A DNA stretch of 64,000 nt from positions 173,151-237,150 of the IMG/VR virus record IMGVR_UViG_3300000976_000009. One strand, given 5' to 3'. The translations under genes were made by a program, and so were the position numbers. Below the pieces are notes generated by a model. It saw only the letters and a program-made list of their open reading frames with translations, was not told the DNA's origin and did no database searches. This stretch comes from a virus. This document shows, piece after piece, positions 10,831-17,346 of this stretch (the stretch's first letter is position 1; every line of letters starts with the position of its first letter).

Positions 10831-10886
10831 GTATAGAAAACTTAAACATATTTAAGCTCGATTCGTAACTGAATCGAGCTTTTTTT
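10811..10886 (+). terminator. attenuator 1: antiterminator and intrinsic terminator
   Basis: Terminator AAGCTCGATTC-GTAACT-GAATCGAGCTT+T run; competing pairings CGAGCT:AGCTCG and ATGTGTTTA:TAAACATAT. Confidence 0.85.
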
Positions 10887-10899
10887 ATGTATAATAAAT

Positions 10900-10983
10900 G
10901 CCTATGTGCTTGAGTGGTCGAAAAGTGCGGTCTGCAAAACCGTAAGGGAAACCTCATCGTTGGTTCGAATCCAACCATAGGCT
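10900..10983 (+). tRNA. tRNA-Cys(GCA), long variable arm
   Basis: GCGGT-CTGCAAA-ACCGT; T-loop TTCGAAT; U73. Confidence 0.8.
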
Positions 10984-11000
10984 CAAAAATAAAACAATAG

Positions 11001-11071
11001 GTCGGGGTGACCGAATGTTTAGGTAGTTAGCTGCAACCCTCCTTATGCTGGTTAGATTCCATTCCCCGACT
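11001..11071 (+). tRNA. degenerate tRNA-Cys(GCA)
   Basis: GTCGGGG/CCCCGAC acceptor, CTGCAAC loop, mismatched anticodon stem. Confidence 0.5.
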
Positions 11072-11103
11072 CTACAATAATGTAATAACTAAAAATGAGG
11101 GTT

Positions 11104-11447
11104 ATGAAACAGGGGTAACAAATAAGACTAGAGAATTTAGAAAACAATTCTTAGTCGAACGAGAACACACAGGAAGAGAAATAGTCACTTTCTGGGAAAC
11201 GGGTAAATCATATTTTATTGAATATATTGAACCGAGAAGCATGAATAAGAGTGGTTGGGGTGATATTGACCCAGCGACTAAAAAGGTAACTGGTTCTTAT
11301 GGTAATAAGTACAAAGGTGCAATTAAAGCAGATGAATCTATGATTACTAAAGAGAATGGCTTCGAAAATATTATTGAAGGAATGGGTTCTCCATATGCAC
11401 AAATTGAATGGATGCATAATAAATGGAAAACTGAAAATGGATACTAA
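11104..11447 (+). CDS. hypothetical protein, probably frameshifted near its start
   Basis: Frame of ORF 11241-11447 is open far upstream; ATG at 11104 joins it if the GGGG run had one more G. Confidence 0.45.
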
Positions 11448-11619
11448 AAATGGATACATTAAGAAGTATAAAATTGACTAGAGAACAAAAAAAAGAAATA
11501 AGGAAAATAGTCAATAGATACATGAGGAAGCAAAGAAATCGAAAGATTAGACAACTAAAAGAATGGTTGGTGCTTCATAAGAATTAAATAAAGTGGAAGG
11601 TTGTAATTCCTTCCAATAT

Positions 11620-11691
11620 TGGAGTATAGCTCAGCTGGAGAGCGGGTGTGTTACATGCACTAGGTCGGGGGTTCGAATCCCCCTACTCCAA
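11620..11691 (+). tRNA. tRNA-Val(TAC)
   Basis: GGTGT-GTTACAT-GCACT cloverleaf. Confidence 0.8.
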
Positions 11692-11698
11692 CTAAAAT

Positions 11699-11770
11699 GC
11701 TCTGTGGGTGTGATGGTTAGCATACTTGTTTTACATGCAAGTTGAGTAGGTTCGATTCCTACACAGAGTA
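11699..11770 (+). tRNA. tRNA-Val(TAC)
   Basis: CTTGT-TTTACAT-GCAAG. Confidence 0.8.
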
Positions 11771-11777
11771 CAAATAT

Positions 11778-11858
11778 GGGGATGTGGCGAAATGGTTCAC
11801 GCAGCGGTTTTAGAAACCGTATCTTAATTGACTGTGGGTTCGAATCCCACCATCCCTA
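11778..11858 (+). tRNA. tRNA-Leu(TAG)
   Basis: GCGGT-TTTAGAA-ACCGT, variable arm. Confidence 0.85.
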
Positions 11859-11872
11859 CTAAAAATTTATAT

Positions 11873-11952
11873 TGCGGGTGAGTGAAACGGATATATAAAT
11901 CATTCTGGGCTCATAACCCACGAGATACTAGGTTCGACTCCTAGACCCGCTA
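11873..11952 (+). tRNA. initiator-type tRNA-Met(CAT)
   Basis: GGG-CTCATAA-CCC, 1:72 mismatch. Confidence 0.75.
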
Positions 11953-11958
11953 CAAGAT

Positions 11959-12029
11959 GGTTCCATAGTTTAATGGGAGAACGTCACCTTGACATGGTGA
12001 TAGCGAAGGTTCGATTCCTTCTGGAATCA
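11959..12029 (+). tRNA. tRNA-Val(GAC)
   Basis: TCACC-TTGACAT-GGTGA. Confidence 0.85.
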
Positions 12030-12044
12030 CAAATAGTACTACAC

Positions 12045-12133
12045 GGGGGTGTGGGCAAATTGGAAAAGTCAGTGGGTTTAAGCCCCACGGTAAACGTAAG
12101 ATACATCTGCGGGTTCGAGTCCCGCCACCCCTA
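12045..12133 (+). tRNA. tRNA-Leu(TAA)
   Basis: GTGGG-TTTAAGC-CCCAC, variable arm. Confidence 0.8.
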
Positions 12134-12145
12134 CTAACTATTCAT

Positions 12146-12233
12146 TGCGGGGTAGTGTAATTGGTAACATGCTGGGCTCATAACCCAGAGAAGCGGTAAC
12201 ACCGTGTTCTAGGTTCAACTCCTAGCCCCGCTA
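12146..12233 (+). tRNA. initiator-type tRNA-Met(CAT) with long variable arm
   Basis: CTGGG-CTCATAA-CCCAG, 1:72 mismatch. Confidence 0.75.
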
Positions 12234-12239
12234 CAAGAT

Positions 12240-12324
12240 GGTCGCATGGTGGAATTGGTAGACACGCCAGACTTAAAATCTGGTGCCCATTACGGGCGTG
12301 TGGGTTCGACTCCCACTGCGACTA
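12240..12324 (+). tRNA. tRNA-Leu(TAA)
   Basis: CCAGA-CTTAAAA-TCTGG. Confidence 0.9.
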
Positions 12325-12350
12325 CAAGGGGTTCGAAGTACAAGAACCTT

Positions 12351-12434
12351 GGCGATATGGTGAAACTGGTAAACACAGCCTCGGATGGGGCGGGGTTTGA
12401 CTCCCCACTGTTGGTTCGACTCCAACTATCGCCA
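12351..12434 (+). tRNA. Leu-type tRNA body with a 4-nt anticodon loop
   Basis: Intact acceptor, D, variable and T arms; GCCTC-GGAT-GGGGC. Confidence 0.6.
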
Positions 12435-12437
12435 CAA

Positions 12438-12524
12438 AGGATGATTACAGCAAATGTAACTAGGTTAAAAAACATGATTCAAACTCAAGTTCAGATGGTT
12501 CAAATCCATTAAATTCATCATCCT
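12438..12524 (+). ncRNA. stem+TACAGCAA RNA with anticodon(CAA)- and T-arm mimics
   Basis: AGGATGAT/ATCATCCT closing stem; TGA-TTCAAAC-TCA; ATGG-TTCAAAT-CCAT. Confidence 0.65.
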
Positions 12525-12530
12525 GTCCAT

Positions 12531-12614
12531 CCCCAAGTGGTGGAATTGGTAGACACGCTGTCCTAAGAAGGCAGTGCTAGTAATAGCGTGTGGGTTCGAC
12601 TCCCACCTTGGGGA
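12531..12614 (+). tRNA. tRNA-Leu(AAG)
   Basis: CTGTC-CTAAGAA-GGCAG. Confidence 0.85.
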
Positions 12615-12619
12615 CAAAT

Positions 12620-12701
12620 GGGGGTATGGCGGAACGGTATACGCAGCAGTTTCAAAAACTGTGGTCCTAGAGACATGTGGGTTCGACTCCCATTACCCTT
12701 A
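12620..12701 (+). tRNA. tRNA-Leu(CAA)
   Basis: GCAGT-TTCAAAA-ACTGT. Confidence 0.85.
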
Positions 12702-12743
12702 CTAAAATTAGGGGTTCTAATTTATTTAACTTATATTTGTATT

Positions 12744-12905
12744 ATGAATGATGAATTTTATAGTTTGGTTATGTTTCCTTATCCATCTGGTGATGGATTA
12801 CATGTTGGTCATTATTATAATTATGCGATTATGGATTCATTTAATCGTTGGAAGAGTATAAAGGAATTAAGGTGTTTCAACCATTTTAAAATGGTTTATC
12901 CCTAA
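12744..12905 (+). pseudogene. leuS: leucyl-tRNA synthetase N-terminal fragment
   Basis: MFPYPSGDGLHVGH is the LeuRS HIGH signature; only 53 aa. Confidence 0.8.
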
Positions 12906-12948
12906 TTTTTAATATTTATTAGTATAATATATTTCTAAAATAATTAAG

Positions 12949-13197
12949 ATGGGAAAATTTGAAAAAAAGGGTTATAATATATTTGCTAGGATAAGTTCAT
13001 TGTTTACATTTGTGTTTGGATTAATTGCTACTATAGCATTTTGGGTATTCATAGCACAAGGTGATGTATTTGATAGTTTGTATCCAGCAATTGGTATGTT
13101 TATAGCATCACATGGGGCATTGATTGGTATAATATTTTATGAAATCATGCATTATACTGGTAAATCATTCACAGAATTATTTAAAAAAAACCACTAA
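12949..13197 (+). CDS. small membrane protein (2 TM)
   Basis: Two hydrophobic segments. Confidence 0.6.
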   Translation: MGKFEKKGYNIFARISSLFTFVFGLIATIAFWVFIAQGDVFDSLYPAIGMFIASHGALIGIIFYEIMHYTGKSFTELFKKNH

Positions 13198-13299
13198 ACA
13201 TTTGGTTTAGCGGAATATTATTACTATATTTGAATAAGAAAGCTGATTCAATTGATATTTATAATTGAGTTTGTTTAGGTTAAACTAAAACATAAAAGT

Positions 13300-13614
13300 A
13301 TGGAAATGATAACATCAATTTTATTAGTAATGTTAGTCGCAATTAGAATTATTGAATGTTATTTATTTGTTAGAAAAGTGAGTAAAACATGTCGTGCATA
13401 TGATATGAAACACATTGAAACTAATGAGCTACTACTTTTGGAGATGTTAGAAAGTAAAGATTATTACACAACTAGTAATTGGTCAGCATATAACTTCTTA
13501 TACTTAAAGGGTCCAAACCCTTTAAGCTTGTTTTTTTCTTTAAAACCTATTACCATTGAAGCTCAATATAATAAAGAGGTTGTAGAGAAATTGAACAAAT
13601 ATGAAATTAACTGA
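13300..13614 (+). CDS. hypothetical protein, N-terminal TM
   Basis: ORF after ATATTTATA. Confidence 0.6.
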   Translation: MEMITSILLVMLVAIRIIECYLFVRKVSKTCRAYDMKHIETNELLLLEMLESKDYYTTSNWSAYNFLYLKGPNPLSLFFSLKPITIEAQYNKEVVEKLNKYEIN

Positions 13615-14248
13615 GGCATATAATAAAGTCATTCTAGATGAGTTCTGGAATGGATTAGAAGAAGAACTCCAATTAGATGAATCCGATAGTGGATTAAAAA
13701 ACTTAATTGGTCAAGCAAATGAAATTATATTCGAAAAATTTCAAATTAATCCAGTTGATAGAGAATACTGTATAGTTGGTTCAGCAAGATTATACTTATA
13801 CCCACAACTTAGAGATGCCTTTGGTTTAGAAGGAACAATTGGTGACCTAGATATGGTTATACCAGATAAAAAACATTGGATTCAAGCTGGATTAGAAGAA
13901 AATTGGAATAAAGGTGGTATATATAGACCAACTGATGATGGTTCTATTGAAGCATTTAATGTGTGGGACCCAGCAAGAGCTGGTGGAGAATATGCAGATG
14001 TCCAAGTTAGGTCAACCCAAGAGGTAGTTAAAGATGGTACATTAATTAATGGATATTATTTTATGTCATTACAGGACATTATCGATTATAAAATGTCTAT
14101 GAATAGAGAGAAGGAACAAGATGTAGTTAGTCTTATTTCAGCATACCAAAAGAGTGGTTCTTCAAACAGAATGGATTTACTTAGGAGAATGGCTAAAGTC
14201 ATTGGGTTTGATAAAACTAAAGAATTTTTAGGTAGGGTAGGTAAATAA
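13601..14248 (+). CDS. nucleotidyltransferase-fold protein
   Basis: IVGSARL..GDLDMVI..K..MNREKEQD. Confidence 0.55.
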   Translation: MKLTEAYNKVILDEFWNGLEEELQLDESDSGLKNLIGQANEIIFEKFQINPVDREYCIVGSARLYLYPQLRDAFGLEGTIGDLDMVIPDKKHWIQAGLEENWNKGGIYRPTDDGSIEAFNVWDPARAGGEYADVQVRSTQEVVKDGTLINGYYFMSLQDIIDYKMSMNREKEQDVVSLISAYQKSGSSNRMDLLRRMAKVIGFDKTKEFLGRVGK

Positions 14249-14322
14249 TTAAAAAAAATACTCTTAAAATACAATAAAAATAAGGGTTTTGAAAAAAAAA
14301 TAAAAAAAAATAGTGAAAAAAC

Positions 14323-14352
14323 TTGCCATTTAATAAAAGTTTTGTATCTTTG
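14323..14352 (+). promoter_or_regulatory. Bacteroidota sigma70 promoter of tRNA array 2
   Basis: TTG-N19-TATCTTTG. Confidence 0.8.
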
Positions 14353-14405
14353 TACCATACTTATAAACAACGAGACTAAATTTAGTCTTACAAAAATAAA
14401 AAAAA

Positions 14406-14495
14406 ATGAACACATTAATTAACATATTTGAATTTAGCTTTGAAGCTGCCGAGGATGATTGCATCTTGGGAAGGTCAAGTTATGTCAAAAGTTAA
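14406..14495 (+). CDS. leader peptide 2, MNTLINIFEFSFEAAEDDCILGRSSYVKS (Phe/Glu/Ala/Asp-rich)
   Basis: A-rich translation start, 29 codons, ends similar to leader 1. Confidence 0.8.
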   Translation: MNTLINIFEFSFEAAEDDCILGRSSYVKS

Positions 14496-14552
14496 GTGTT
14501 AAAAAACATAAACTAAACATTACAAGCCTTCCAGAAACGGAAGGCTTTTTTT
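14469..14552 (+). terminator. attenuator 2: antiterminator and intrinsic terminator
   Basis: AAGCCTTCC-AGAAAC-GGAAGGCTT+T run; competing pairings GGAAGG:CCTTCC and AGTTATGT:ACATAAACT. Confidence 0.85.
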
Positions 14553-14562
14553 ATGCACATAT

Positions 14563-14634
14563 GTGACCTTGGAAGCAGCGGTACTTCGCTTGGTTGAAGC
14601 CCAAGAAAGCTCGGTTCGAATCCGAGAGGTCACA
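14563..14634 (+). tRNA. tRNA-Phe(GAA)
   Basis: CTTGG-TTGAAGC-CCAAG. Confidence 0.8.
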
Positions 14635-14639
14635 CACAT

Positions 14640-14712
14640 AGCCCCATCGACTAGCGGTCAAGGTCGCCACCCTCTCAAGGTGGAAACATCGGTTCGAATC
14701 CGATTGGGGTCA
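14640..14712 (+). tRNA. tRNA-Glu(CTC)
   Basis: CCACC-CTCTCAA-GGTGG. Confidence 0.85.
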
Positions 14713-14722
14713 CTAAGATTTA

Positions 14723-14734
14723 GTTCTTTGACAT
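14723..14734 (+). promoter_or_regulatory. boxA-like antitermination site
   Basis: GTTCTTTGACAT, also present at 32769. Confidence 0.6.
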
Positions 14735-14747
14735 ATTGAAATGATTT

Positions 14748-14819
14748 GGTGCGGTAGCTCAGAGGTAGAGCAGTAGGTTGAAAACTTACGTGTCGGGGGT
14801 TCGAATCCCTCTCGTACCA
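14748..14819 (+). tRNA. tRNA-Phe(GAA)
   Basis: GTAGG-TTGAAAA-CTTAC. Confidence 0.9.
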
Positions 14820-14825
14820 CAAAAT

Positions 14826-14900
14826 GCTCGGTTCGTCTAACGGCTAGGACGGGTGGTTTTCAGCCATCAAATAGGGGTTCGATTCCCCTACCGAGTACCA
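14826..14900 (+). tRNA. tRNA-Glu(TTC), encoded CCA
   Basis: GGTGG-TTTTCAG-CCATC. Confidence 0.85.
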
Positions 14901-14948
14901 AGTGTCAGTTTCTAGTGGTTCTGAACGAAATAAAATTTCACTAATTTT

Positions 14949-15020
14949 CGCCCGTTCGTCTAACGGTTAGGACGTTAGGTTTTCAACCTAAAAATAGGAG
15001 TTCGATTCTCCTACGGGTGA
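14949..15020 (+). tRNA. tRNA-Glu(TTC)
   Basis: TTAGG-TTTTCAA-CCTAA. Confidence 0.85.
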
Positions 15021-15090
15021 CTATGTTAATAAACACTGCAATGTTTATTACAGAAACCAATGAACTATTTGCAGATAGGTAAGTTGGTTT

Positions 15091-15162
15091 TGAATGTTCG
15101 TCTAGCGGTTAGGATACTGCCCATTACGGGTGGAGACACGGGTTCGAATCCCGTACATTTAA
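15091..15162 (+). tRNA. Glu-type tRNA body with aberrant anticodon loop (CATTACG)
   Basis: Glu-like D arm TTCGTCTAGCGGTTAGGA; loop lacks U33. Confidence 0.55.
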
Positions 15163-15232
15163 CAAACGCCCGTTGAGATATTACGAATCGATAGGGAGAA
15201 TGAGTATGACTGTTAGGAAAGACTAACAATAT

Positions 15233-15307
15233 GGTCCAGTGGACGAAATTGGTTTAGTCGTCACCCTTTCAAGGTGAAGGTTGCGGGTTCGATTCCCGTC
15301 TGGACTA
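15233..15307 (+). tRNA. tRNA-Glu(TTC)
   Basis: TCACC-CTTTCAA-GGTGA. Confidence 0.85.
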
Positions 15308-15318
15308 CTAAAAACTAC

Positions 15319-15391
15319 GGTCTGTAGGTCAAATGGTTAAGATGCCTCCCTGTCACGGAGAGCGGAGCGGGTTCGACTCCCGTATGGACCG
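15319..15391 (+). tRNA. tRNA-Asp(GTC)
   Basis: CTCC-CTGTCAC-GGAG, G73. Confidence 0.8.
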
Positions 15392-15399
15392 CAAAGTAA

Positions 15400-15470
15400 C
15401 GTCCATTGGTGTAATGGTAACATGACTGGTTGTCTCCCAGTTGCTAAGGGTTCGATTCCCTTATGGACGG
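15400..15470 (+). tRNA. tRNA-Asp(GTC)
   Basis: ACTGG-TTGTCTC-CCAGT, G73. Confidence 0.8.
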
Positions 15471-15481
15471 CATAATCACAC

Positions 15482-15554
15482 GGCTGGTGTGGTGTAACGG
15501 TAGCATACTTCCCTGTCACGGAAGAGGTTCGGGGTTCGAATCCCCCATCAGCCG
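15482..15554 (+). tRNA. tRNA-Asp(GTC)
   Basis: CTTCC-CTGTCAC-GGAAG, G73. Confidence 0.85.
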
Positions 15555-15561
15555 CAATAAT

Positions 15562-15637
15562 GGTCTAGTGAGCCCCATTGGTAGGGGATTTGCACTGTCT
15601 CTGCTCAAAAACGAGGGTTCGACCCCCTCCTAGACCC
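15562..15637 (+). tRNA. divergent tRNA-Asp(GTC)
   Basis: GCA-CTGTCTC-TGC with bulged stem. Confidence 0.55.
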
Positions 15638-15640
15638 CAT

Positions 15641-15710
15641 GAAGTCATAGTTTAGTGCAAGAACGCCACTTAGACGGGTGGAAATACGAGTTGGATTCTC
15701 GTTGACTTTA
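15641..15710 (+). tRNA. degenerate tRNA, 6-nt anticodon loop
   Basis: GAAGTCA/TGACTTT acceptor; CCACT-TAGACG-GGTGG. Confidence 0.45.
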
Positions 15711-15720
15711 CAAATATTTT

Positions 15721-15797
15721 GGGGGCACATGTCCCAAGGCTGGCGAGGTAGGTTTGCACCTTCCCTGTGGTGGGTTCGATTCCCACTGTCTCCACCA
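15721..15797 (+). tRNA. tRNA-Ala(TGC), encoded CCA
   Basis: G3:U70 pair, TTTGCAC loop. Confidence 0.7.
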
Positions 15798-15809
15798 AAA
15801 TAACATAAT

Positions 15810-15882
15810 GGGGCTATGGTGAAACTGGCTATCATCGTTGACTTGCACTCAGCAGTTCCGAGTTCGAACCTCGGTAGCTCCA
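15810..15882 (+). tRNA. tRNA-Ala(TGC)
   Basis: GGGGCTA/TAGCTCC acceptor, GTTGA-CTTGCAC-TCAGC. Confidence 0.85.
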
Positions 15883-15883
15883 C

Positions 15884-16048
15884 ATGAATGATAAATTTAT
15901 TAAAGATGTTGATTATTATATTAAAGATGGTAATCTAATAATGACAAAATCTTACCACATTAAACGAGGACAATGCTGTGGTAATAATTGTAAACATTGT
16001 CCATTTAACCCAAGATATACAAAAGGGGTGAGAGAAATTAAAAACTAA
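15884..16048 (+). CDS. small Cys-rich protein (DUF5522-like)
   Basis: MNDKFIKDVDYY...KRGQCCGNNCKHCPF; 54 aa, below the ORF track cutoff. Confidence 0.7.
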   Translation: MNDKFIKDVDYYIKDGNLIMTKSYHIKRGQCCGNNCKHCPFNPRYTKGVREIKN

Positions 16049-16130
16049 TAAAAATGAAAGAATTGGAGGCGATAAGCTAAAGAGAATCGAAGAGAGTAAA
16101 AATAATGTCGGTTCTCGCAACGATAGAAAG

Positions 16131-16550
16131 TTGAAGAAATACTCTCAGAAGTTTAACAAGATGTTTGATTTCTATTTAAAAGTATACAGAAGCGGACTAA
16201 TCATATTTTGTGGTGTTGGTGTAGAAGTAGATTCTGATATTAATGGTTCAGATGGTAAGTTTGGATTCAGAGAATATGATAATGGTAGATTTAAGTTTAA
16301 GACACCAATCACCAGACACCCTAATATATTAAGAGGGGTGATTACTGGAAAGAAAGGTTGGGGACTTTGGGTTGAACAATGGTCACAAGGGATTGTTGAT
16401 TGGTCATTCACAAAAGAAGAAATACTTAAAGAATTTACTGATAGAGATATAGAAATACCAGAACCTTTAATGAAGGAATGGGATAAATTAATTGAGAGAA
16501 AGAAAAAGAAGCGTAACTCAGATTATTTTGATGAGTTACAAAATAAGTAA
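16131..16550 (+). CDS. hypothetical protein
   Basis: 139 aa ORF. Confidence 0.55.
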   Translation: MKKYSQKFNKMFDFYLKVYRSGLIIFCGVGVEVDSDINGSDGKFGFREYDNGRFKFKTPITRHPNILRGVITGKKGWGLWVEQWSQGIVDWSFTKEEILKEFTDRDIEIPEPLMKEWDKLIERKKKKRNSDYFDELQNK

Positions 16551-16554
16551 TAAT

Positions 16555-16678
16555 GGACGTATGGTGTAATGGTAGCACGGTTTAAAAAAGGTAATCTGAT
16601 TACTAAAGATTATTTTCAGCAACATATACAAATTTGCCTGTCACGCAAGAGGTGGGGGTTCGATTCCCTCTACGTCCG
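16555..16678 (+). tRNA. tRNA-Asp(GTC) with ~53-nt insertion between D arm and anticodon arm
   Basis: GGACGTA/TACGTCC-G; TTGC-CTGTCAC-GCAA; insert is A6 + hairpin + TTCAGCAA. Confidence 0.75.
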
Positions 16679-16710
16679 CAACATTTCAATATTAGGGGAT
16701 ATTTATTAGT

Positions 16711-17295
16711 ATGAAAACGTTAATTAAAAAACTCCTTAGAGAAGGTCTTATAAATGAAGGTAATAACCTAATTGCTTATCATGGTTCACAACATAAGATA
16801 AAGAAATTTACAGATGATTTTGTTGGTGGTGCTGAGGCTAGAGACCAAGAGGGACCAGGTATTTACTTCACAACCGAAGAAAAGGAAGCACTTGAATATG
16901 CAAAAGGTGGTGGTTACATATATAAGGTAAATCTATCATTAGGTAAACTAGTATCTAATGAACCTAATATGGATTTAGATTACTTAAGTAAACCAATTTC
17001 AAAATTAATTAACGCAGCACCCAATTGGGAAAGAGTAGCTAGAGGTTACGATGATGACATCGAAGAAGGTAAATATGAAATGATTCATAAATACGTTGGT
17101 ATGGCTATGAGTGAGAAGGAGGCATTTGTTGGTATGTATGGTGATGTATATAAAAATGCACCAACAGCATATGTTAGAAACATGACTAAATTAGGTTATG
17201 ATGGTGTTAATCTACCAACGGCTGGTGGTGGGGCACATATTGCAGTCTACAATACATCAGCTATTCAAATTATTGATGCTAAGCAAATCAAGTAA
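16711..17295 (+). CDS. ADP-ribosyltransferase-fold protein (H-Y-Y type, PolyVal-ART-like)
   Basis: AYHGS..GPGIYFT..ALEYA..LGYDGV; N-terminal MKTLIKKLLREGL. Confidence 0.6.
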   Translation: MKTLIKKLLREGLINEGNNLIAYHGSQHKIKKFTDDFVGGAEARDQEGPGIYFTTEEKEALEYAKGGGYIYKVNLSLGKLVSNEPNMDLDYLSKPISKLINAAPNWERVARGYDDDIEEGKYEMIHKYVGMAMSEKEAFVGMYGDVYKNAPTAYVRNMTKLGYDGVNLPTAGGGAHIAVYNTSAIQIIDAKQIK

Positions 17296-17346
17296 ATCGT
17301 TTACATTTTCCATGATTTATATTATACTTAAACAAAAGTAATAATC

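Noticed and set aside
12246-12743. ORFs 12246-12512, 12290-12475 and the 5' part of 12588-12905
   Set aside because: They overlap tRNA genes and are translations of cloverleaf sequence.
15337-15883. Minus-strand ORFs over tRNAs (also 22248, 32791, 34471, 35755; plus-strand 34038, 34577)
   Set aside because: Shadow ORFs of tRNA arrays.
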